Origin: Eledone cirrhosa
Taxonomy: Eukaryota
Length of the DNA stretch: 64,000 nt
Assembly (NCBI GenBank): GCA_964016885.1
Contig: OZ024756.1
Location: 36,208,001 to 36,272,000, forward strand
Direction of reading: 5' to 3'
Positions 38,701 through 53,180 of the stretch are shown here, in pieces. Every line of letters begins with the position of its first letter. Position 1 is the stretch's first letter. Both the position numbers and the translations under genes were made by a program. The notes beneath the pieces are model-generated. The model was not told the origin of the DNA, searched no databases, and was given only the letters and a program-made list of their open reading frames with translations.

Positions 38701-41090
38701 AGCTTATTCTACAGGTGGTATGGCACATGTTTCTGATATTCTTAGACATGACATCCTTAATTTAATTTAGTTAGTTCGGATTTAAAAAAACCCTCTGAAT
38801 GAAATAAAAGGGTGAGTATTGATGTACGTGGGACACAAACCCAGATCTTTGGTTTGCTGGACCAATGTGTTACTGTTACACCAAAATGCCACCCAATATG
38901 GCCCTTTATGTTCTGAGTTCAAATCCTGCCGAGGTTAACTTTGCCTTTCATCCTTACCGGGTAGATAAAATAAAGTACCAGTAATGCATTGGGGTAATTG
39001 CTGGCCTTGTGACAAATAAAGTACCAGTAATGCACTGGGATATTGCTGGCTTTCTGACAAATAAAGTACCAGTAATTGCTGGCCTTGTGCCTAAAGTAGA
39101 AACAATAATAATAGTAATGCTTTCTTTAATAACAACAACAATAATAAATGTTAACTATATCTACTCTGTATTACAGCCTGGTCAATTATACCCACCTTCA
39201 GCACTCCTGGACTTTCAACCTTTGGCTAATTATTGTAATCATGTATTGACTGCTTTTAATGACCTCCGTCTCTGTCTCCCTATCTCCTTGGCTTGTGACA
39301 TCAGTGACAGGCTGGAAAAGTCTCTGATGAAGGTTAATGACGTCATATTGTCTTTTCATCGGTAAGTTGATACCTACACATACATACTTACATATATACA
39401 TACATATACACATATACATATATACATACATACATATATAAACATATGGTGGCTGCCAACTCGTTTTCGAGTACGGCCACTACTTCATATCCATGTAGGA
39501 GAACCCCTACCGATGCGCTGAACGAGTGTGACTTTTTAGTCCAGCCAGCGACTTGGAAACTGTGGTACAAACACAACACTTGTGACAATTATTGACACAT
39601 AGTGCTGGGCCCATGGTACCATGTGACGACAAGTGCAGAGAGATCTCCAGATATAAAACAATGCCTGTGCTGTGAAGCTTTTATAGTGAGCAAAAGCACT
39701 GCACAAAGCCAGTCCCACTCTCTTAACCAAGATGATATTTACCAAAAAGAAGAACAAGTCAACATCATTGGATACCATCATGGTTGCAGGTGTTATATGA
39801 GAGTTTTCCTTCTCCTAGAATTCTGCCTTGACAAAGGCTAAGGGGTCATCTCTCCCGGGTATATATAAACATATACATATATACATACATATATATATAT
39901 TTATACATTTATACATTTATATATATTTATGCATACATTACACAGACATATAGACATATGTATACACAGACACACAAATACACACATACATACATACATA
40001 CACATATAGACATCCATATACACATACATACAGACACATATAGACATACACTGCTCTACAACATAATATTATCAATGTCACTATACCTTCCCCTTCCACA
40101 GTATCTGACCACTGTCCACCACCTCTCCAGCCACTGTCCATGCCCCTCTCCAGCCACTGTCCACGCCCCTCTCCAGCCACTGTCCATGCCCCTCTCCAGC
40201 CACTGTCCACCACCTCTCCAGCCACTGTCCACCACCTCTCCAGCCACTGTCCACCACCTCTCCAGCCACTCTCCACCACCTCTCCAGCCACTGTCCACCA
40301 CCTCTCCAGCCACTGTCCACCACCTCTCCAGCCACTGTCCATGCCCCTCTCCAGCCACTGTCCACCACCTCTCCAGCCACTGTCCATGCCCTTCTCCAGC
40401 CACTGTCACCCAATATCATATTGTCAATGCCTTCACTTTTCCCCTCTTCTTTCCTGTGTCCAGTGCTGAAGAAACAACCCTGAGCAATACCGAGAGTGAC
40501 CATTTCCAACACCTACTTCAGGTCTACATCAAACATTTGCTCCCTTATCTGCAGAAATGTATGGCAACCTTGTTTCCCCCATCACAGCTGGCCCTTACTC
40601 TTGGTCTCACGCAGGCTGACCTTACTTCAATGGTAAGTACCTATATATAACTCTACTACCTTTGTACACTAGTGTATATCATCATCATCATCATCGTTTA
40701 ACGTCCATATTCCACACTTGTATGGGTTTGGACGGGAGTTTTCCCACTTGAGGCAAGAGTGGTTGTCTTGCTCGCATAAGACTGTCTGGCGGGTTTTCTA
40801 CGGCTGGATGCCCTTCCTAACACCAACCACATTTACAGTGTGGGACTGGGAGGTTTTTACCGTGTTACCTACACGGCCACATTACAGCGTGGACTGTGTT
40901 TTTTTTGTCGTGACACCTACACGACCTCATTTGTTTCGGGCTGGATGTTGTGGTACCAATATAGCTTTACATTGAAAGAGGTGGCGTGGATGGGGTGGGG
41001 GTAGTGGGACGGGGGTGTATTTTGTTAGAGGTGCCTACTGACTGTAGTAGGTTTCACTTTGTACTTAGGTAAGGCGGGTCTTCTCTATTA

Positions 41091-41151
<61 letters not shown>

Positions 41152-41452
41152 GTATAGCACCACTGTCAGCCCATCTACATAGCTGAAAAAAACTATACAT
41201 TTTCACCTGTTTCAGATTCCGGCAGAGAGCAGGGGGAAGTACTGTCCTGCTGACGGCCAGAGCCAGAAATGCATTGGCAGTTGTCCCCCCCTGCTACTTC
41301 TGCTGGAATCTACTAGATGGCGCTAGCTGTCAGCTTTTCAATATTCATAGCTCGAAAGCTTTCCAAATGTTTATTCGTAAACATACTATATATCATTAGA
41401 TATATGAAATTTTCACACACACATACACACACACACACACTCGCACACATAT

Positions 41453-41501
<49 letters not shown>

Positions 41502-42832
41502 AAAAGAGTCAGGACCCAATTTCACTCATAGGCCTTGGGTTGACTTGGGCCTATGCTGTATTTGAAGCAAGAGTTTCTACTAGTTTTCTTATGGGTTTAT
41601 TTTAAAATGTTGTTGGTTTATTATAAATAATTATTGTTGGTTTATTATTAAATATTGTTGTATCTTTTGTTGTATAGGGTAACTTCGGCAGTCTAAACAT
41701 TGAGTCTATTCAAGCTGGGATCAGTCACCTGCTACCAGAAAAGGAAGAGGATATCATAGAAGCAACAGCGATGGAGCTCAATGTAGCCCCTCCTGAGGAC
41801 GGCAACATAGAACCAGCCCAACCAAATGTTCTTGAACCAACTCAGCAGAATGTCGTTGAACCAGCTCAGCAGAATGTCGTTGAACCAGCTCAGCAGAATG
41901 TCGTTGAACCAGCTCAGCAGAATGTTCCTGAACCTACTCAGCAGAATGTTCCTGAGCAAGCTCAGCAGAATGTCCCTGAACCTACTCAGCAGAATGTTCC
42001 TGAGCAAGCTCAGCAGAATGTTCCTGAACCTACTCAGCAGAATGTCCTTGAATCAGCTCAGCAGAATGTTCCTGAACCTACTCAGCAGAATGTTCCTGAG
42101 CCAGCTCAGCAGAATGTCCCTGAATCAACTCAGCAGAATGTCCTTGAATCAGCTCAGCAGAGTGTTCCTGAACCAGTGCAGCAGAATGTTCCAGGGTTTT
42201 TGGAAAACATTGTCACTAAAAGTGAACTTACCCCAGAGATGTCCTCAGCCCATATACCTGAGGCAGCCACTGATGTGTCTGTAAATTCCATGCCAGAGGT
42301 TACTTCTATCATTTCCCCAGCCTCTGTTCCCCAGGCTACCCCTGAGATATCTCCAGTCACAATTTCTGGAACTACTTCTGAGATGTATCCAGCTATTGTA
42401 CCTCAGGCAACTCCTGTGATCCCTGCTTCTGTTCCTGGGGTAACCTCTGAGATGTTTCCAGGTATTGCGCCTCAGGCTAATCCTGTGACCCCTGCTTCTA
42501 TTCCCGGGGTAATCCCTGAGATATCTCCAGCCACTGTGCCTCAACCTATCCTTGATGTATCATCATCAGCCACTATTCCTGAGCCAAACTTTACCCTAGA
42601 TTCTACAGAACTCAATCTATCATTCTCTCCACTACCCTCAGTAATAGCATCACTAGGCACAAATAAGACAGATCCTAATTTTGTTATTTCCAGTGACCCT
42701 AGCACAACCTCAACCACTGACCTTAATACAAATTTGACCACTAACCCTAGCACAACATCAGTAACTGACCTTACTTCACCCCTTGTAGATTTGGACGATA
42801 TCAAATTAGATGAGACATCTCTTACAGACTGA
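29830..42832 (+). CDS. COG8: Conserved oligomeric Golgi complex subunit 8 (903 aa, 13 coding exons, long C-terminal extension)
   Basis: Exons 29830-29893, 32361-32432, 32766-32890, 33094-33197, 33848-34019, 34722-34883, 35563-35614, 36149-36321, 37357-37556, 38168-38246, 39177-39361, 40464-40632, 41678-42832; 2712 nt in frame. Motifs [126 protein letters not shown] at ~42995. Confidence 0.96.
32531..32566 (+). ncRNA. Minimal hammerhead-ribozyme-like motif in a Penelope-type fragment
   Basis: UCUU-CUGAUGA-A-GGAC(UAGU)GUCC-GAAA-CGUU-AAGA: intact core, stem II, short stem I, palindromic AACGUU in place of stem III; relative at 50286-50322 has GAAA changed to AAAA. Confidence 0.6.
33355..33847. 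repeat. 23-bp minisatellite (COG8 intron 4)
   Basis: AACAT(G/A)TCT(G/A)ACACTATACCTCC units running up to the exon-5 acceptor. Confidence 0.85.
36308..37033 (+). repeat. 36/39-bp tandem array of the COG8 exon-8 splice donor (19 copies)
   Basis: Unit CTCACACTCAAG|GTAGGTGACACT(T/C)TGGTAGTTCTA[TG(A/G)]; the first copy is the true exon end (36321). Confidence 0.95.
39448..39858 (-). mobile_element. Non-autonomous RTE-derived retroelement (5'-truncated)
   Basis: Reverse complement of the element at 45420-46028, 46243-46806 and 61880-62333. Confidence 0.8.
40108..40407. repeat. 22-bp minisatellite (COG8 intron 11)
   Basis: CCACTGTCCAC/TGCC.CCTCTCCAG units, about 13 copies. Confidence 0.9.
41810..42193 (+). 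repeat. Coding 24-bp tandem repeat in last COG8 exon
   Basis: 16 copies of E-[PQS]-[ATV]-Q-Q-N-V-[PVL]. Confidence 0.95.
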
Positions 42833-43800
42833 TCCTTGGAGGGCATTGTGATGTGAGGGTTGGTGTGGTGACGGAAGGGAGAGGAGGGAGGGTTCCCACA
42901 TCATTCCTCATAAGCTGATGATGTTTTGGTTTTTACTAAACTTCTTTATCAACATATTGTGGGACATTTATTTATTGTCTGGATGTAAATAGAGATTAAA
43001 ATATTTTTCAAATGTGTTTGTGTTGTTGAAAATTGAGTGAAGGTATGTCACAGATATTCCCATGTATACTCGAAGCTGGCCACTTCTTATTTTATGTATG
43101 TCTGAGAAATGAGCCAAAACACAAACCCCATTTCTCTCCTCTTTTCTTTCCTTTTGTCACATTTGTATTCTTAAAAAGCAAATCTAAGGGAGGCTACTCA
43201 ACTCTTACTTGCTTCCTTGACGTTCGATAAATCCATCGGTCTTGCTGGCCCAAACCCCGACCCTGGTTCTATCACACTAAAAACCACTCGTTTTTAATGG
43301 TTCCTTTCAAAATTAAAATATCTTATATAGGAACCATGTGTTAAGAAACTTTGTTACGTGTCGCTCAAAGCGGGAGTTTAATAATGGAGGAAGTTGTATT
43401 ATGGGGTCGATAAAATAAGTGCTAGGTGATAAAATAAAGTACCAGTAATGCACTCGGATCCATATAATCGACTCCTCCCTCCCTCCCTCCAAAAATTTGG
43501 GCCTTGTGGTTAAATCAGAATTATGAGAGTTTACGTTCTGATTTCAAATACTGCCGAGGTTAGCTTTGCATTTCATTCTAACGAAGTTGTTAAAATAAAG
43601 TACCAGTAATGCACTGGGTCGATATAACCGACTTACTCCTCAACCCAAAATTGTTGGCCTTGTGCCTAAATCAGTGGTGGTGGCGTTAGATGGTGTTATG
43701 GTTGCGGTGGCGGTGAGGTGTTACAGTTGGTAAGTGAACTAGTGATTGGTAGGTAGAGTTAAAAGTTGAGGCAGCAAACCTGTGTTATTTATTATTATTA

Positions 43801-43990
43801 AGGCGGTGGATTGGCAGTATCGGTAGAGGGCCGGACGCCTTGCTTTGAAGCATAGAGTTACCTCCCTTTATGGTCTGAGTTCAAATCCCGCCGAGGTTAA
43901 CTTTGCCTTTCATCCTTATGGGGTCGATAAAATAAAGTACCAGTAATACACTGGGTATTTGCTGGCCTTGTGCCAAAAGTAGAAGCAGTT
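43801..43990 (+). mobile_element. Full-length tRNA-derived SINE
   Basis: GGCGGTGGATTGGCAGTATCGG head through (ATT)n tail; fragments of the family upstream at 43400-43675. Confidence 0.85.
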
Positions 43991-44516
43991 ATTTATTATT
44001 ATTTTCTTTTGTTTTTGTAACCAGCTAGGTTTAATAATTAATGTGTATGTGTGTGTATATGTTTGTGTGTGTGTATATGTTTGTGTGTGTGTATATGTTT
44101 GTGTGTATGTCTGTATGTTTGTGTGTGTATATATCTATGTGTGTGTGGAGGTGGGTGTAGGGTGGGTAGGGGGACAGCAGGTAAAGAAAGATAAATGAAG
44201 AGAGATGTATTCTGAAGTTAATGGAAGAGTATTTACCACATAAACAACATATTTATGTAACAATAACAACAATAATAATAGAGAAAACATACATAACCCC
44301 TGTGGTGAGGAGGAGGAGAGGGTGTAAGATATAGATATGGAGGGAGAGAGAGAGAAGGTGTAAGATATACATAGGGAGGGGAGAGAAGGTGTAAGATAGA
44401 GAGAGAGAGAGAGGGTTAGGTAATGATATTGTAGTTGTGGAAATTCTTCACATGAACAAACGATAATGAAAAACAAACAACGTCAACAATTTCAATAACA
44501 AAAACAACTGTAATAA

Positions 44517-44536
44517 CACTACTACTACTACCACTG

Positions 44537-44577
<41 letters not shown>

Positions 44578-44608
44578 GCCACCACCACTACTACTACCAC
44601 TACTACTG

Positions 44609-44642
<34 letters not shown>

Positions 44643-44670
44643 CACTACCACTACTACCACTACCACTGCC

Positions 44671-44703
<33 letters not shown>

Positions 44704-44901
44704 GCCACCACCACTACTACTACCACTACCACTACTACTGCCACCACTACTACTACTACTACTACTGCCACCACTACTACTGCTACCACCACCACCACCA
44801 CTACTACTACTACTACTACTGCCACCACCACCACTACTACTACTACTGCCACCACCACCACTACTACTACCACTACTACTACTGCCACCGCCACCACCAC
44901 C

Positions 44902-44932
<31 letters not shown>
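44517..44932. repeat. (ACT/ACC/GCC)n triplet microsatellite
   Basis: Direct reading. Confidence 0.9.
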
Positions 44933-45105
44933 GCTCAGCGCCTTTGGTGGTGAATAGAGGGGTAGCCCTAGGACCAAGGACACCAGTAGTCTTCACCTGC
45001 CAAGGGCACGACCGCGAACCTGTCGGAGAGCGATCGGTACTTGGAGAGTTTGGCCTCCTCAGCCCGACGTGCAGCAGTACCTGGGTTAGTCGCAGATGTG
45101 AACAG
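44930..45105 (-). mobile_element. CRE-like (RLE) non-LTR retrotransposon fragment
   Basis: Homologous to 58358-58475; reads KTTGVLGPRATPLFTTKGAEL. Confidence 0.55.
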
Positions 45106-45381
45106 GTGTGAAGGCGCATGGCTTAGTGGTTAAAGCATTCGGCTCACGATCGTAAGGTCGCGAGTTCGATTCCCGGCGGCGCGTTGTGTCCTTGAGCAAG
45201 ACACTTTATTTCATGTTGTTCCCGACCACTGAGTTGGTAAAAATGAGCAGTACCTGTAATTCGAAGGACCAGCAATGTCACACACGGTGTCTCCCAAAGT
45301 ATAACAATATATATATATATATGTATATATATATATTGTTATACTTTATATATAGATACAGAGACATATATATATACTTGC

Positions 45382-45419
<38 letters not shown>

Positions 45420-46028
45420 TGTCAGGTCACCACTTGGTGCTACTGGTAACATGTATCCCAGTACAACCTGTCTCATGGTCGGGTCGTTGGCGACTAAACT
45501 GGCAACCCCACTAAGGTTTCTTGGTGAGGAGGGTGACTTTGGACATCCTGCAAGACTAAAAACAAAACCTGTCAAAGGGCAAAAGAGCTCTTAAGAGTCA
45601 ATGGCCATCCAAAATCACTGGGAGAGATGACCCCTTAGCCTTTGTCGAGGCAGAATTCTAGGAGAAGGAAAACTCTGATATAACACCTGCAACCCTGATG
45701 GTATCCAATGATGTTGACTTGTTCTTCTTTTTGGTAAATATCATCTTGGTTAAGAGAGTGGGACTGGCTTTGGGCAGTGCCTTTGCTCACTATAAAAGCT
45801 TCACGGCACAGGCATTGCTTTATATCTGGAGATCTCTCTGCACTTGTCATCACATGGTACCATGGGCCCAGCACTATGTGTCAATAATTGTCACAAGTGT
45901 AGTGTTTGTACCAGAGTTTTCAAGTCGCTGGCTGGACTAAAAAGTCACACTCGTTCAGCGCATCGGTAGGGGTTCTCCTACATGGATATAAAGTAGTGGC
46001 CGTACTCGAAAACGAGTTGGCAGCCACC
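45420..46028 (+). mobile_element. Non-autonomous bipartite RTE-derived retroelement
   Basis: 5' part has the RTE-type GGAGAAGGAAAACTCTGA motif; 3' part encodes a C2H2 remnant [23 protein letters not shown]; ends in (AT)n. Confidence 0.75.
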
Positions 46029-46242
46029 ATATATATATATATATAATAATAATAATAAATTTGAAGACTAAAATCCAAAGAGGGCTCGTTAAGGATAAAG
46101 TTTCAGAAGATCCCGTTAAGGGTGAAAGCAGCGATTCTTTGCTTAAACTTTAATCTGTTATTTTTATAAATAAATATATATATATATATTGTTATACTTT
46201 ATATATAGATACAGAGACATATATATACTTGCGTGTATATAT

Positions 46243-46806
46243 ACCTGTCTCATGGTCGGGTCGTTGGCGACTAAACTGGCAACCCCACCAAGGTTTCTTC
46301 GTGAGGAGGGTGACTTTGGACATCCTGCAGGACTAAAAACAAAACCTGTCAAAGGGCAAAGGAGCTCTTAAGAGTCAATGGCCATCCAAAATCACCGGGA
46401 GAGATGACACCTTAGCTTTTGTCAAGGCAGAATTCTATGAGAAGGAAAACTCTGATATAACACCTGCAACCCTGATGGTATCCAATGATGTTGACTTGTT
46501 CTTCTTTTTGGTAAATATCATCTTGGTTAAGAGAGTGGGACTGGCTTTGTGCAGTGCCTTTGCTCACTATAAAAGCTTCACAGCACAGGCATTGCTTTAT
46601 ATCTGGAGATCTCTCTGCACTTGTCGTCACATGGTACCATGGGCCCAGCACTATGTGTCAATAATTGTCACAAGTGTAGTGTTTGTACCAGAGTTTTCAA
46701 GTCGCTGGCTGGACTAAAAAGTCATACTTGTTCAGCGCATCGGTAGGGGTTCTCCTACATGGATATAAAGTAGTGGCCGTACTCGAAAACGAGTTGGCAG
46801 CCACCA
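46243..46806 (+). mobile_element. Non-autonomous RTE-derived retroelement, tandem second copy
   Basis: Near-identical to 45466-46028. Confidence 0.8.
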
Positions 46807-46926
46807 TGTATATATATATGTATATATATGTATATATATATATGTGTGTGTGTGGGGGGGTATATATATATGTGTGTGTGTGTGGGTGGGGTATATGTAT
46901 GTGTGTGTGTGTGTGGGGGGGGGGGT

Positions 46927-46974
<48 letters not shown>

Positions 46975-47335
46975 AACAGAAGCTATACGTGGAATGAAGA
47001 ATGGTGTCGAAATACAGAAGGATTTATATACACATTGGATGTGAAATCCAGACCTTTCAGTTGTTAATCTGAGATAACCTTATATATAAAGTACCAGTCA
47101 TACTCTGGGTAATTGGTGGCCTTGTGCCTAACGTAGAAACAATTATATATGGTTACTGATCGGCAGAACCATTAGAGCGTTCTGAGTTCAAATCACACTC
47201 AGGTCTACTTTACCTTTCATTCTTCTGGGGTCACGAACCCTTAGATTCCCCCGAGTCCGCTTGCTTTATTTGATCTGGCTTTCCTCCCACACATTAATTT
47301 ATACGCGCGCTTATGTATGTATATATATATATATG

Positions 47336-47390
<55 letters not shown>

Positions 47391-47425
47391 GTGTATATAT
47401 ATATATATTTATATATATTTATATG

Positions 47426-47470
<45 letters not shown>

Positions 47471-47586
47471 CGGGTAAAATCCCGGCCGTGGCGCCAATAT
47501 ATATACGTAGGATGTCCCCCAAAAATGTATACACACCTCAATACCATTCTAATATATATGTGCAAACATTTTGGGGTACACTCTGT

Positions 47587-47621
<35 letters not shown>

Positions 47622-47805
47622 TGTGGGTGTTTGTGAGTTCATATAAATAATATACACACATACACACACACATATATTTGCATATACATATTCACACATA
47701 TATTGTGTCGTCAATTATGAAATTTGTAGCAATTTGTAGAAAAAAAACAAATTTCTACAAATTCCATACTTGACGACCCTATATCTATCTATCTATCTAT
47801 CTATC

Positions 47806-47841
<36 letters not shown>

Positions 47842-48221
47842 TCTACCACCACTCTTACAACAACAACAACAATACTTATTCAGCTTCCCACTCTCACCCC
47901 CCTTTCCTCTCATCTTTATCTATCCAGCCATAATTTAGAAGATCTACCCTAGATAGATGAACATAACAATTCTTATCTGAAATCAACGACTCCATCTGAT
48001 AACATCCAATTCCGATCCCATCCTGGGACCTAGCTTCCTCTCTTGTATTCCTCATTTCATTGCTTTACTTATCTACCACCCACCTTTCGTCCACATTTCT
48101 TTCTTTTCTTCTTTTTTTTCTTCTATTTTTCTTCTTTTTCTCATTCGTTCTCTCGTTTACTTTTAATATTCTCCTAGTTCGACTCCACCACCACCTTCTT
48201 CTTCTTCTTCTTCTTCTTCTT

Positions 48222-48252
<31 letters not shown>

Positions 48253-48781
48253 ATCCATTCCAACATTTCGTTTATTCTCCTTAGTTTTCCTATCTTTCTC
48301 ATTATTTTCTTTCCTTCTGTGGATTTTCCTTCTTCCTTTTTCTCTTCCCTTTAATCGTGCTACTCCCCCCCCACACTTCTTTAATATAATAATGGTTCCT
48401 GATTTAGGCACAAGGCCAGCAATTTGTGGGGAGGGGAAAGTCGATTAAATCAACCACAGTGCGTTACTGGTACTTTATTTATTCGACCCTGGCGCACGCA
48501 TATAAAGTTATCATAACGGAAAATACGTACTTTTGACAATAATGACTATGAAACTGTCAGTTTTTAAAGTTTTTAAAGTTTTTAAAGTGTATTATTAACA
48601 GAACAGCAGACTGAAATGTTGTACAACATTTAGTCTATGTATAATGTAACAATGTGTCATGGTTGTTGGAGAGTATAAGAAGAAGAAGGAGATAGCAAAA
48701 ACGAAAAGATTAGCAACAAAGGAAAATGAGAAAATGTGCAATGTAGTAGTAGTAGTAGTAGTCGTCGTCGTCGTCGTCGTC

Positions 48782-48829
<48 letters not shown>

Positions 48830-48854
48830 TGGTGGTGGTGGTGGTGGTGGTGTG

Positions 48855-48905
<51 letters not shown>

Positions 48906-49699
48906 ATAGTAGTAGAAAGAAACAGGAATCAAGATACAAGAGTAAATGTTGACAGGAAACAGATTATCTACATAACACAACTTATACATAACATCCCTCA
49001 TTCTAGATCCCTCTCTCATGACTTTTTAATAATGTTTCTAAGAAGCTGAAGCTGATATTTTCGACGAGAGTTGTATTAGAATGGAATTGGTCTTTGTTGC
49101 TGTTGCTGATGTGCAAAGGTTCTTGCATAAAATTGTGATGAAGCTTCTTCTTCTTCTTCTTCTTCTTAGGTTGGTGTATTGGCAGAATCGGTAGAGCGTC
49201 GGCACTATCCTTTGCAGCATAGTGTTTCGTTCCTTTACGTTCTGAGTTTAAATCCTGCCGAGGTTAGCTTTGCCTTTCATCCTTAAGTGGTCGATAAAAT
49301 AAAGTACCAGTAATGAACTGGGGTCGATTTTCCCCACCCCCCAAAGCCCTCACCCTCCCCCAAATTGCTGGCCTTATGCCTATAGTAGAAATCATCATTA
49401 TTATTATTTAAATAAAGTACCAGTAATGCACTGGGTAATTGCTGGCCCTGTGCCAAAAAGTAGAAACAATTATTATTATTATTCGTCCAAATATTCTTGT
49501 GGGCAGAGTCATCAGATGCCTTCAGGAGGGTCCTGTCAGAAGCAAGACATCTGGTTACAACAAATCTTCTGATGTACATAAGGTGCATCTAGGACGAATG
49601 CTAACGTAACGCGGGCTGAGGTCACCAGAGCAACTAAAGTACTCTGGGGAGGTTGAAATTCTACCCAAGATATTAAAAGCCTTAAATGCAGAAGGTATT

Positions 49700-49899
49700 N
49701 NNNNNNNNNNNNNNNNNNNNNNNNNNNNNNNNNNNNNNNNNNNNNNNNNNNNNNNNNNNNNNNNNNNNNNNNNNNNNNNNNNNNNNNNNNNNNNNNNNNN
49801 NNNNNNNNNNNNNNNNNNNNNNNNNNNNNNNNNNNNNNNNNNNNNNNNNNNNNNNNNNNNNNNNNNNNNNNNNNNNNNNNNNNNNNNNNNNNNNNNNNN
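49700..49899. other. Assembly gap (200 N)
   Basis: Run of n; order and distance across it are not sequence-supported. Confidence 0.99.
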
Positions 49900-50178
49900 T
49901 GTTTACGTTGACCAGACGTGTGAAAACTATGGTGGGACGCTATGCAATCTAAATGGAGATCTAAAGTGAAATTCTTGCCATCTTTTAGTCTATCGTCAGC
50001 CAACCTCTTAAAGGACTTTATTATCTTTTCCACCCCCTCCTCCACCTTATCCTTATCTCCCTCATCTTCTACCCCCCCCTCTCTCTATCTATCTATTCCA
50101 TCTGTATCGTAATCACCAGCATCTCCAGTATCAACATCAACCACTCCAATGTATCTACCCTCCCACTCCACCTACTCC

Positions 50179-50209
<31 letters not shown>

Positions 50210-50415
50210 CTTCTTCTTCTTCTTCTTCTTCTTCTTCTTCTTCTTGTAGTTTAGCCCCTCAATCTACCTTATATTTCTCATTCTTTCTTCTGATGAAGGA
50301 CCTGCGTCCAAAACGTTAAAAGCTTCTTCCTCCTATTTCAAGCGTTAATCTAATATATTCCTTCCATATACTGTACCGAATGTGTTGTTATTTCTGTTTA
50401 CCTTGTAAATATCTA

Positions 50416-50507
<92 letters not shown>

Positions 50508-50586
50508 TTCTTTCTACGTTGGATTGGCAGTATCGGATGTTATGGAATACTGTTAGCTTCTCGCTAAAACAATTTCTATACCTTTC

Positions 50587-50659
<73 letters not shown>

Positions 50660-51067
50660 TATATATATATATACATATATTAGCTCGACACAGCGTCTAG
50701 TGCAAGCCAACCCAGTGAGGACAGGTCGGAAGCACCTGATATAAGACTGGATTATTTATATTAAAAGTGATAATATTTTGAATTGCTTTTCTTAATTAGC
50801 ATCCTAATTATATCATTTTGACACATCTGCTCTCAGACACACATACGCGCATGCGCACGGCCTACACAAACACATACCAACTGGTAACTAGTTTTTTTGT
50901 TAATGATTCATAAACACACACGCATATAGATCCGTGTGTGTGTGTGGTGTGTGTGTGTTTATATATATATATATGTATGTGTGTGAGTGTATCCTTGTAT
51001 GTTGTATATCTATCTATCTATCTATTTATATAAAGAAACATATCTATCTATCTAACTATCTAGCTCA

Positions 51068-51104
<37 letters not shown>

Positions 51105-51135
51105 ATTATGCATACTTAATTAAAACAACTTGAGG

Positions 51136-51184
<49 letters not shown>

Positions 51185-51669
51185 GCGGGCCACATATGTT
51201 TCTAAGTTTTGGGATAAACTGGGTGAATAAATACTCGGATTGGATACATAAACACCGACAAGACCTTCAGTATCGGTGTACCTAATGAAAACACGTTCGA
51301 ATTGACCTCAACATGTACATAATCAGTGAGGACACATGGCTTAGTGGTTAGAGTGTTCGGCTTACATCCTTAAAGCCATAAGTACCATTGTCGGCGGTGC
51401 TTTCATTTCATGTTGCTTTACATATTATGGCTGGAGCCCCTATCATTAAAACACACGAAAAACCTTTTATGAGATACAAATACAACCAGATGGGAGGTAG
51501 GAGGTCAGCCAAACCTGCATAAGTTCTTTGCTTGGAATCAAATACTCTAATCTAGGCATGGCAACCTTTTTCGAGCAGTGGGCCGCATAGGATGTGGTAA
51601 TTTTGAAATTAGGCGTGCTATTCAGATAGAAGACTAAACGCGCCTTCTACACACACATTCATGCACTCT

Positions 51670-52320
51670 ACCTCTCTCTCACACACACACTCTCTCTATC
51701 TCACTCTCACTCTCTCTCTCTCACTCACACTCACACACACACTCTCTCTTTCTCTCTCTCTCACACACACACACTCTCTCTTTCTCTCTCTATCTCACTC
51801 TCTCTCTCTCTCTCACTCACACTCACACACACACACACACATTCTCTCTCTCTCTCTCTCTCTCACTCACACTTACACACTCTCTCTTTTTCACTCTCTC
51901 TCACTCACACTCACACATACACACTCTTTCTTTCTCTCTCTATCTCTATTTCACTCTCACTCTCTCTCTCTCACACTCACACACACATTCTCTCTCACCA
52001 TCTCCCCCCTTTCTCTCACACACACTCTCCCTTTCTCTCTCTCTCTCTCTATCTCACTCTCACTCTCTCTCTCTCTCACTCACACTTACACACTCTCTCT
52101 TTCTCACTCTCTCTCACTCACACACACTCTTTCTTTCTCTCTCACCATCTCCCCCCTTTCTCTCACACACACTCTCCCTTTCTCTCTCTCTCTCTCTATC
52201 TCACTCTCACTCTCTCTCTCTCTCACTCACACTTACACACTCTCTCTTTCTCACTCTCTCTCACTCACACTCACACACACACACACATTCTCTCTCTCTC
52301 ACCATCTCCCCCCCCCCCTC
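51670..52320. repeat. (CT)n/(CA)n compound microsatellite
   Basis: Direct reading. Confidence 0.9.
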
Positions 52321-52585
52321 TCTAGCTAATCAGCCACCATGGAATCAATTTCATGGCTGATCAGTCCATTTTCGTGTCAATCCAAACACTGCTACACCCC
52401 TCCACCCACCACCCACACCTCACTATCTCACCCCCACCACCACCACACCTCCTCCCTTACCTCCCTACCCCACCACCTCATGCTGCCTCCCATACTTCGA
52501 AGGAGCCGGGGGTAAGGTGTGAACTTTAGACTCTAACACCGAGATGTCTCAAATTTCATGACCCCAAAATACACTAAAAGGTCAT

Positions 52586-52628
<43 letters not shown>

Positions 52629-52647
52629 GGTAGTACTAGTAGTGATG

Positions 52648-52715
<68 letters not shown>

Positions 52716-52926
52716 GGTGGTAGTAGTAGTAGTGGTGGTAGTAGTAGTAGTGGTTGTAGCAGTAGTAGTAGTGGTAGTACTAGTAGTGATGGTAGTAGTA
52801 GTAGTAGTGGTTGTAGCAGTAGTGATGGTGGTGGTGGTAGTAGTAGTAGTAGTGGTAGTAGTAGTAGTGGTGGTAGTAGTAGTAGTGGTTGTAGCAGTAG
52901 TAGTAGTGGTAGTACTAGTAGTGATG

Positions 52927-52962
<36 letters not shown>

Positions 52963-53124
52963 ATGGTGGTGGTGGTAGTAGTAGTAGTAGTGGTAGTAGT
53001 AGTAGTGGTGGTAGTAGTAGTGATGGTAGTAGTAGTAGTAGTGATGGTAGTAGTAGTAGTAGTAGTGGTAGTAGTAGTAGTGGTTGTAGTAGTAGTAGTA
53101 GTAGTGGTAGTACTAGTAGTGATG

Positions 53125-53180
<56 letters not shown>

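Noticed and set aside
40108-40407. 22-bp repeat with acceptor-like CTCTCCAG before COG8 exon 12
   Set aside because: The unit does not include the exon-12 start, so it is not counted as a junction-derived array.
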